Positions 6,177 through 11,666 of a stretch of 11,666 nt of DNA are shown here, one piece after another. The stretch is from Bacteroidota bacterium (GTDB lineage: Bacteria > Bacteroidota > Bacteroidia > Bacteroidales > WCHB1-69): NCBI GenBank assembly GCA_029570835.1, contig JAKPTX010000128.1, positions 1-11,666 on the forward strand, given 5' to 3'. The notes beneath the pieces were generated by a model. That model was not told the DNA's origin. It made no database searches and saw nothing but the letters and a program-made list of their open reading frames with translations. The stretch's first letter is position 1, and each line of letters opens with the position of its first letter. The position numbers and the translations under genes were made by a program.

Positions 6177-7099
6177 AATTGTTCGTTTTTAAGGGTTTGA
6201 AAATTATTAGCCATAAACAGTTTGTTAGCCATATCTTTTACCCGCTGCGAACTGCCCGAATTAGAAAGATATTTGCTGAACTCGCTTTTTACCTCCTTGT
6301 CGATTTCTTTTGACGGTTGCCACTCAATATTTTCAATATTGGAATTAACCGTGTTTTTAATGGTTGATTGAGTTTGTTTGCTCAACTGTGCATTATTTAA
6401 TTGAATATCAATATTTTTGCTGTCGAATTTATCAAAATTACACTCTAAAATTACCACAGGAACGGACAGGGTAGAATTTTCAACATTGCCTTTTTCAAGC
6501 AAAATTCTGTCAGTCAATTTTTTCTGTTCCGACATATCGGCAAGAAAGTTTGTCATTGAGTTGATAACTCTCAAACCTCGAAATTTTACATTCGAGGCAA
6601 TGATCTTCTGACTTGCCGCCAGCGATTCGAGTTGCGAAACAGGGACGGTTGCCGTCAGGTATTTTGTACGGTTAGATACCTTTTCCAATTCTTTAACTGC
6701 AAAATCGACAGTTGGTTTATCCAATTCAAAAATTCGCTGTTTCAGATTTTGATTCAATCCGTTGAAAAGTTTCAGATAACGAGAGGAAATCATATTATAG
6801 TCGCGTTCCATTCTGCCGCGTATTGCCAAAAGTTGCTTTTTTTGTGCGTTGAGCTGCATTAAATGCGAATCGACATCGCTTTGCAGTTTGGCTATTTTCT
6901 GCGAAATTTGAGAACGTATAAGCGTGTAAAAGCCTTTATTTACGTTGTCGCAAACGTGGTCGGCGGCTTTCTTTTCTGCCAAAACTACGGCAGTTTGCAT
7001 TGCTACAACCGCAGTTGTAGTCCCCTTGATATGATTGGACACTGAATGAATTTCCTGTGCCATCGGGTTGGTATCTACTACGCAATCTATATATGCCAT
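6173..7099 (-). CDS. Hypothetical 308-aa protein, mainly alpha-helical with a coiled-coil, the first of two tandem paralogues.
   Basis: The ATG at 7097-7099 lies 4 nt downstream of the 752-aa gene stop. It shares GFYTLIRSQISQKIAKL...SSRYLKLF...ELDKP with the 344-aa ORF. Confidence 0.7.
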   Translation of the reverse strand: MAYIDCVVDTNPMAQEIHSVSNHIKGTTTAVVAMQTAVVLAEKKAADHVCDNVNKGFYTLIRSQISQKIAKLQSDVDSHLMQLNAQKKQLLAIRGRMERDYNMISSRYLKLFNGLNQNLKQRIFELDKPTVDFAVKELEKVSNRTKYLTATVPVSQLESLAASQKIIASNVKFRGLRVINSMTNFLADMSEQKKLTDRILLEKGNVENSTLSVPVVILECNFDKFDSKNIDIQLNNAQLSKQTQSTIKNTVNSNIENIEWQPSKEIDKEVKSEFSKYLSNSGSSQRVKDMANKLFMANNFQTLKNEQL

Positions 7100-7103
7100 A
7101 ATC

Positions 7104-9362
7104 TTAAATTTTTATTTCGTTATCATTATCAAATTCGCCCTGATTTTCAAGAATATCATCGATTGCCTGCTCGCGATCGAATTCGTCTGCATCGTATTCC
7201 AAACCGAGTTCGTCAAGAATTTGCTGTAAAGACTCATCGTCCAAGTCGTTCAACTCATCTTTGGAATATTGATATTCTTCGGTTTCGTCATCCTCTTCTT
7301 GTTCTTCGTCTTCAGAAACTTCTTCCTCTTCTTCGTTGTCGTCTTCATCCTGTTCTTCGTCTTCAGAAAGTTCATCCTCTTGAATTTCGGAATCGTCTTC
7401 TGTAAGTTCTTCTTCGGAAATTACTGCCTGTTCTACAACAATTTCCTCATCTGCTTGCTCGTCCTCCGCCTCTTCGTTCAGGAGATTCCGACCTTCGTCG
7501 GAATAACCGTCGAATGGAGTTTCTTCTTCGCGTTCTTTCAGGTTTTCCAACGCATTTTTGGCAATAATCGGCAAATTGAGTGCGATATGCTCAAAAGTAA
7601 TGTCTTCTACATTGGGCGTAGGTGGCAATTCCGAAGATTTAGCAAACAGCGGATTAACCAAAGCCAAAGGCTTACGGCGGTCGTTGAGGTCACGTACTTC
7701 ATCGGCGGCAACTGCCACTTCATTGGAATACCCATCGCGAAGTTTTGCATCGTAATATTCGATATGTCCAAATTTATCGGCTTTCTGGTCAATATCTTCT
7801 TTGAGACGTTCCATATAATCTTCAAAATCCGATTGAGTCCGCTTAAATTCGTTTGACTGCATTTCGAATGCAATTAATGTTTCGGCAGCATTATCAACCA
7901 CATCAACAACGGTGCTGTCAAGGTTACCCTCCGACTGTACCATAGTATCTTCGGTGCGTTGCAACGAAACCAAGGTATTATAGGCAGCCACATATTCCTG
8001 CAAACTTTTTCCCATATCTCGAATAATATCAGCGGCTTCGGCACGGTTGCGACCATAAAAATCTTCGCAGTTTTCGTGCCAACGATTCAGATACTCAATT
8101 TTTTGGTCTTTGATATGATTGTAAATTTTAAGGCGTTCAATGCGGTTTTCAGCCATAAGATTTTGAACAACAGGTGTAACGATTTCCTCGTAAATCTGGT
8201 GTACGCCAAAAGGCAAATTGGTTGTGCTGCCATCTTCCGCCGTCCACATTCCCGAAACGAGATTATATTTTACCCGCGAACTCTGTTTGAGTTGGAAAGG
8301 CTCGTATCCCTGCACCGATTCGGTATAATCGAACTTCTCGTTGCGGATACGTTCGATTTCTTCGTGCTCCAAAAGCGGAGAATAGTGATTGTAAGGCGAT
8401 TTGAGAATTTGATACAAAACTTTGTTCGATTCAAAAATTATTTTATCGGTAGAAGCTACCTTCAAGGCAGAAATTGCTTGTACAGAATTTGCCATTGTGA
8501 TCATTAGCCCCTTCAAAACGTCCTCAAACTGTTGTGTTTTGTTCGACAATGAATCTTTTAACCTATTAAGTTCCTGAAATTTATTTACACTACCCGCATA
8601 TTTTTCCTTGTTGAAAACAGGAATAACCGGTGCGTTTTCAGGAATTTCCGTAGTCGCAAATTCATTTAGAAATTGTAGATATTCGCATTTATCGGCAACT
8701 AATGGTAACGATACCGAAGTGGTATCCAAGTCGTCCATACAGTAAGAAATGGTTCGCAGAGAGCGTTCCAATTTGCCGAAATAATCGTGCTGGTTGATTT
8801 CTTGAATAGAAGTAGAATACTCATCTGTTTCAATGGTTTCCGTGTCTTGCGAGGTTTCCACAATCGGAGCTTCCGACGACAAATTTTCAAGGTCAGCGAT
8901 TGTTTCAATGAGCAAATCGTTTTGCCGCGAAAGTTGCAATGTAATTTCCGACTCATTAACCTTGCCTGTGTAATCGACAATGAAACTTTTGTCTTCGTAC
9001 TTGATTTGATCGGCAATGGGAACATAAGCCACGCCCAACTTGCTCACTTTGTAGTCACGGAAAATCTCGCTATGCTGTTTTTTAAATTCGGCAATGCGCA
9101 TGTCTTTGTCCGCAATCTGTTTTCCCAACCCGCTTTTTTTTATGAAATACACAAAGAACAGAATGATTGTGAGAAACCAAACCCACAACTTGGAAATTTC
9201 TGCCTGCAACGCCGTTTTTTCTTCTTCGAGAACGGCAATTTGCTTTTCAATTCGTTCCTCTTCGGCAACGATTTTTTCAGCCGCCTGGCTGTAATAGTTG
9301 AACAATATCTTCGCCTGGTCTTGATAGACATTGTTCGATTCTGGAAAAATTTTACCTGTCAT
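7104..9362 (-). CDS. A 752-aa single-pass membrane protein. It has an N-terminal coiled-coil, one TM helix (LWVWFLTIILFFVYFI), a large central domain and a roughly 130-aa poly-acidic (Asp/Glu-rich) C-terminal tail with internal repeats.
   Basis: The ATG at 9360-9362 was confirmed and the ORF is long and uninterrupted. The tail reads SEDEEQDEDDNEEEEEVSEDEEQEEDDETEE, and the DNA shows a roughly 57-bp repeat at 7288-7382. Confidence 0.75.
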   Translation of the reverse strand: MTGKIFPESNNVYQDQAKILFNYYSQAAEKIVAEEERIEKQIAVLEEEKTALQAEISKLWVWFLTIILFFVYFIKKSGLGKQIADKDMRIAEFKKQHSEIFRDYKVSKLGVAYVPIADQIKYEDKSFIVDYTGKVNESEITLQLSRQNDLLIETIADLENLSSEAPIVETSQDTETIETDEYSTSIQEINQHDYFGKLERSLRTISYCMDDLDTTSVSLPLVADKCEYLQFLNEFATTEIPENAPVIPVFNKEKYAGSVNKFQELNRLKDSLSNKTQQFEDVLKGLMITMANSVQAISALKVASTDKIIFESNKVLYQILKSPYNHYSPLLEHEEIERIRNEKFDYTESVQGYEPFQLKQSSRVKYNLVSGMWTAEDGSTTNLPFGVHQIYEEIVTPVVQNLMAENRIERLKIYNHIKDQKIEYLNRWHENCEDFYGRNRAEAADIIRDMGKSLQEYVAAYNTLVSLQRTEDTMVQSEGNLDSTVVDVVDNAAETLIAFEMQSNEFKRTQSDFEDYMERLKEDIDQKADKFGHIEYYDAKLRDGYSNEVAVAADEVRDLNDRRKPLALVNPLFAKSSELPPTPNVEDITFEHIALNLPIIAKNALENLKEREEETPFDGYSDEGRNLLNEEAEDEQADEEIVVEQAVISEEELTEDDSEIQEDELSEDEEQDEDDNEEEEEVSEDEEQEEDDETEEYQYSKDELNDLDDESLQQILDELGLEYDADEFDREQAIDDILENQGEFDNDNEIKI
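7288..7382. repeat. Imperfect tandem repeat (about 57-bp period) inside the acidic-tail coding region of the 752-aa gene. It is a potential slippage or length-variation site.
   Basis: tcatcctcttcttgttcttcgtcttcagaaacttc (7288-7322) versus tcatcctgttcttcgtcttcagaaagttc (7345-7373). It encodes LSEDEEQDEDD / VSEDEEQEEDD. Confidence 0.5.
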
Positions 9363-9381
9363 GATTTTTATGATTTTAGAT

Positions 9382-10092
9382 TTAGTTTGAATAAATACTC
9401 TTTCTGATTTGATAAATTCTTTCTGCTTTTTTAAGATTGCTACCGATTGCCTCCTCGTTCATCGAATAATTGGAAATTGCAAACGCAATATCGTTGATAA
9501 CACGAATAAATTGCTGTTCCAAACCATGCGCCTCTGCATTTTCGGTTGGTGAAATAAACCGCAAGCTGTCTTCAAGTGTATTTATTTTGCGAATAAAATA
9601 TTCGGGCAAGTTCGGCAAATCGTTCATTTTGTCTTTCAAATCGCGTATTGCCGTTTTCATTTCATTAATACCGTTACGGTTAAATGTTTCCTGCTGATAC
9701 ACTTCCTGAACTTTGTTGCCTGAATGAATAACGGCAATAAAACCAAGCAGTAACAGAAAAAACAGTCCGCAATGAATGATAAACTGCAAAGCAAACGTCC
9801 ATTCGTAAGCAAGGTTTCCAATCAGCATTACAGCAATAGCGGTAATAGCGTAGAGCCAAGTGAAAAACCATCGTAAGCCAAGCGAACCGACTTTTTTACC
9901 CGATTTGTCGTTCAAATCAACCCAAGGAACAAGAATGTCGAGAAAAAGCAGTCCGTAAATGACAGACGAAACCACGATATTTAGCACGAGAATATCGGTT
10001 GCCAAACTGCCGCGAAACAGTAGAAACGCAGCAATAATAATTGCCTCTCCGCCAAGCAGCGCAATAAATGATAATATTTTCTTTGTATCCAT
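9382..10092 (-). CDS. A 236-aa integral membrane protein with four predicted TM helices in the N-terminal roughly 130 aa, followed by a roughly 100-aa soluble helical domain. No recognisable family.
   Basis: The ATG at 10090-10092 was confirmed. Four hydrophobic stretches (ILSFIALLGGEAIIIAAFLLF, LVLNIVVSSVIYGLLFLDILV, WFFTWLYAITAIAVMLIGNLAY, FALQFIIHCGLFFLLLLGFIAVI) are visible in the translation. Confidence 0.7.
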   Translation of the reverse strand: MDTKKILSFIALLGGEAIIIAAFLLFRGSLATDILVLNIVVSSVIYGLLFLDILVPWVDLNDKSGKKVGSLGLRWFFTWLYAITAIAVMLIGNLAYEWTFALQFIIHCGLFFLLLLGFIAVIHSGNKVQEVYQQETFNRNGINEMKTAIRDLKDKMNDLPNLPEYFIRKINTLEDSLRFISPTENAEAHGLEQQFIRVINDIAFAISNYSMNEEAIGSNLKKAERIYQIRKSIYSN

Positions 10093-10115
10093 AATTCGTA
10101 ATTTTTAATTCGTAA

Positions 10116-11381
10116 TTATCTCTTATTTCCACATTTTGGGCAAAATTTCACACTCGGAGGTAATGTTGTTCCGCAACGGCTACAACTGTCGCCGGAAGAA
10201 ACCTGTTTTCCGCAGTTTCCGCAGAAAGTTGCCCCAGCCACCATTGGAGCGTTGCAATGCGGACAGTTTCCGCCACCCGATTGTAACGGTGTTCCGCAAC
10301 TTACGCAACGTTTGGCGTTTTTATCATTGTCCGTTCCGCATTTTGGGCAAGGGTTGTATTCATCGCCACAATGCGGGCAAAATCGGGTTGTGCTGGGGAA
10401 CTTTTTGGCGCAGTTGGAACAATACACCATTTTAACCTGTTGTTGCTGCTCTTGATTAAAATTGCCGCCTTGCTGATTATTGCCGCCAAAATTAGGCTGA
10501 TTGAATTGTGGCTGCATCATTCCGCCACCAACAGCGCCGCTGCCACCCATTCCACCCATCATATTCATTGCCATCAGACCGCCAATAAGTCCGCCGTTGC
10601 CATTTCCAAAACCATCAACAGCATTGTTAGCGGTATTGAACATTTGTTCTTGTTGCCAAGTGTGCCCTGTAATTGACATCGACGCTTGCGTTGCAATGGC
10701 TTCCGCTACCTTTCTGCCTTCTTCTGTGGATTTATCAATATCAATCGTTGTAATATTAAATTGCAACAATTCCAAACCCAAGTTGTCCCAAAATGGATTT
10801 AGAACACCTTTTAAATATTCAGACAATTCGTCCAAATAAGCGGATAAATACTTAAAACCGACACGGTGTTTAATCACATATTGAGCAATTTGCGACTTGG
10901 TTTTTGTAGAAAATTCTCCGAAAAACTGATTAGTCAAATCATCCTGCGAAAATTCGGTTTTCGTGCCTACAGATTTTATCAGGAATTTTTCCGCATCATT
11001 GACTTTCAAACCATAACGCCCGCCTGCTACAAGCGGCAGTTGCGTATTGTAATCGGGGTCGTGTATCGGCATTTTGCTTACCGCCCAATCAATGCTGAAC
11101 GTTTGAATTTTGTTTACAAACCACACCTCCGCCGTAAACGGATTTTTCCCACCGAAAGGTATTCCGAACAGCGATCGCAAAATCGGCAAGTTTTCGGTGT
11201 TTAAGGTGTGTTTCCCCGGACCGAATTTACCTACAACCTGCCCTTTTGAGAACAATACCGCTTCTTGTGATTCCTGCACAACGAGTTGCGTGTAGGTACT
11301 CAAATTAGTTTCGGGGAAACGCCAAGCGTAAATGGTTTTACTCCCCTGCGGCGACCATCTGACTAAATCAATTATTGCCAT
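10116..11381 (-). CDS. SPFH/Band-7-like domain protein (YdjI / PF13421-type N-terminal domain) fused through a Gly/Met/Gln/Asn-rich low-complexity linker to four C-terminal zinc ribbons (8 CxxC pairs). It is the first gene of the operon.
   Basis: The ATG at 11379-11381 was confirmed. The N-terminus IIDLVRWSPQGSKTIYAWRFP...LVVQESQEAVLFSKGQVVGKFGPGKHTL...AEVWFVN matches the SPFH Band_7_1 family signature as I recall it. The C-terminus reads CSNC..CPHC, CPKC..CVSC, CPHC..CGNC, CSRC..CPKC. Confidence 0.75.
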   Translation of the reverse strand: MAIIDLVRWSPQGSKTIYAWRFPETNLSTYTQLVVQESQEAVLFSKGQVVGKFGPGKHTLNTENLPILRSLFGIPFGGKNPFTAEVWFVNKIQTFSIDWAVSKMPIHDPDYNTQLPLVAGGRYGLKVNDAEKFLIKSVGTKTEFSQDDLTNQFFGEFSTKTKSQIAQYVIKHRVGFKYLSAYLDELSEYLKGVLNPFWDNLGLELLQFNITTIDIDKSTEEGRKVAEAIATQASMSITGHTWQQEQMFNTANNAVDGFGNGNGGLIGGLMAMNMMGGMGGSGAVGGGMMQPQFNQPNFGGNNQQGGNFNQEQQQQVKMVYCSNCAKKFPSTTRFCPHCGDEYNPCPKCGTDNDKNAKRCVSCGTPLQSGGGNCPHCNAPMVAGATFCGNCGKQVSSGDSCSRCGTTLPPSVKFCPKCGNKR

Positions 11382-11500
11382 ATCTTTTTGATTTTAAAGT
11401 TTGTATTTATAAATTTACTCTTTTCGTGCGAAGGGAAAAATGGCTCTTTGACTTTTGCGAAGCGTTGACTTGTGTGTTGGGCAAAAGGTAATGTGCCATT
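11382..11500 (-). promoter_or_regulatory. Leader and promoter region of the six-gene operon. It has no Shine-Dalgarno sequence. A palindromic TAAATTTA (11410-11417) is a weak -7-like candidate. Direct repeats TTGACTT (11448-11454 and 11465-11471) and GCGAAG (11428-11433 and 11457-11462) are candidate regulator sites.
   Basis: The repeats were read directly from the sequence. No canonical TAnnTTTG or TTTG pair at correct spacing was found, so the exact promoter is unresolved. Confidence 0.3.
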
Positions 11501-11603
11501 TTCGTGGTGGTTTCTAAAAACAAAAAAAGCGGGTCGGTAAAAAATAAAACTTTATCGGGACGGCTGGTGTAGTAGGCAGTCATTCCGATTTGATTTTCTT
11601 CTT

Positions 11604-11660
11604 TGTCTTTGTATGTCGTCTTGTCAATTTTCATGTCGCTGTCTTTTTTTTAGGCTTGTT
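11604..11660. repeat. TGTC-rich, T-run containing segment (gtatgtcgtcttgtcaattttcatgtcgctgtcttttttttaggcttgttggtaac). It is a direct repeat of the segment at 2445-2492.
   Basis: The 9-mer gtatgtcgt is shared exactly. Four tgtc motifs are shared in register, as are tgtctttttt and the terminal ttgg...taac. In the other copy this segment is followed immediately by element C1. Confidence 0.4.
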
Positions 11661-11666
11661 GGTAAC

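Noticed and set aside
7269-7856. Plus-strand ORF of 195 aa (Phe/Leu-rich)
   Set aside because: It is the complement of the poly-Asp/Glu coding repeat (GAA/GAT-rich), which gives a stop-free low-complexity antisense frame. It is an artefact.
11407-11634. Minus-strand ORF of 75 aa in the operon leader
   Set aside because: Its reading frame is driven by the GACA/A-rich repeat region (MKIDKTTYKDKEEN...). No conservation evidence is available and it overlaps the putative regulatory repeats. It is more likely non-coding.
1-11666. CRISPR array, tRNA or rRNA genes
   Set aside because: There are no regularly spaced short direct repeats with unique spacers. No cloverleaf-compatible segments with a GTTCRA T-loop were found. 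There is no rRNA-like conserved sequence.

Overview
All credible genes lie on the minus strand, with no Shine-Dalgarno sequences and A-rich leaders, which by inference suggests Bacteroidota-like DNA. The window splits into two compositional blocks.

Positions 1-3750 are visibly AT-rich and look like accessory cargo:
- A GmrSD-family (DUF262 + DUF1524) type IV restriction-like nuclease (266-1993).
- A 102-aa protein made of three tandem 36-aa repeats (2039-2347).
- A pair of Asn/Lys-rich ORFs of unknown function (2631-2960 and 2979-3734).

Positions 4148-11381 are GC-richer and hold a tightly packed six-gene minus-strand operon. In transcription order it encodes:
- An SPFH/Band-7 (YdjI-type) domain fused through a Gly/Met/Gln-rich linker to four zinc ribbons.
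- A 4-TM membrane protein.
- A 752-aa single-pass coiled-coil membrane protein with a repetitive poly-acidic tail.
- Two translationally coupled paralogues (308 and 344 aa).
- A 324-aa bactofilin-like beta-helix protein.

I do not recognise this combination as any named system.

The cargo gene groups are separated by three copies of a conserved structured element. C1 (2497-2605) and C2 (3811-3919) are each exactly 109 nt, and C3 (139-230) is a shorter variant. Each has a conserved core closed by an 18-19 bp stem whose sequence differs between copies but stays complementary. This compensatory covariation, with G-T wobbles only in the plus-strand sense, points to a structured ncRNA or a structure-recognised ssDNA site that delimits gene cassettes.

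Other features:
- A strong GC-rich bidirectional terminator hairpin at 2006-2030.
- A long imperfect inverted repeat at 4063-4134 carrying core-like GCGGG motifs.
- TGTC-rich direct repeats at 2445-2492 and 11596-11660.
- Short direct repeats in the operon leader.

No rRNA, tRNA, CRISPR array, transposase, integrase or reverse transcriptase is evident.
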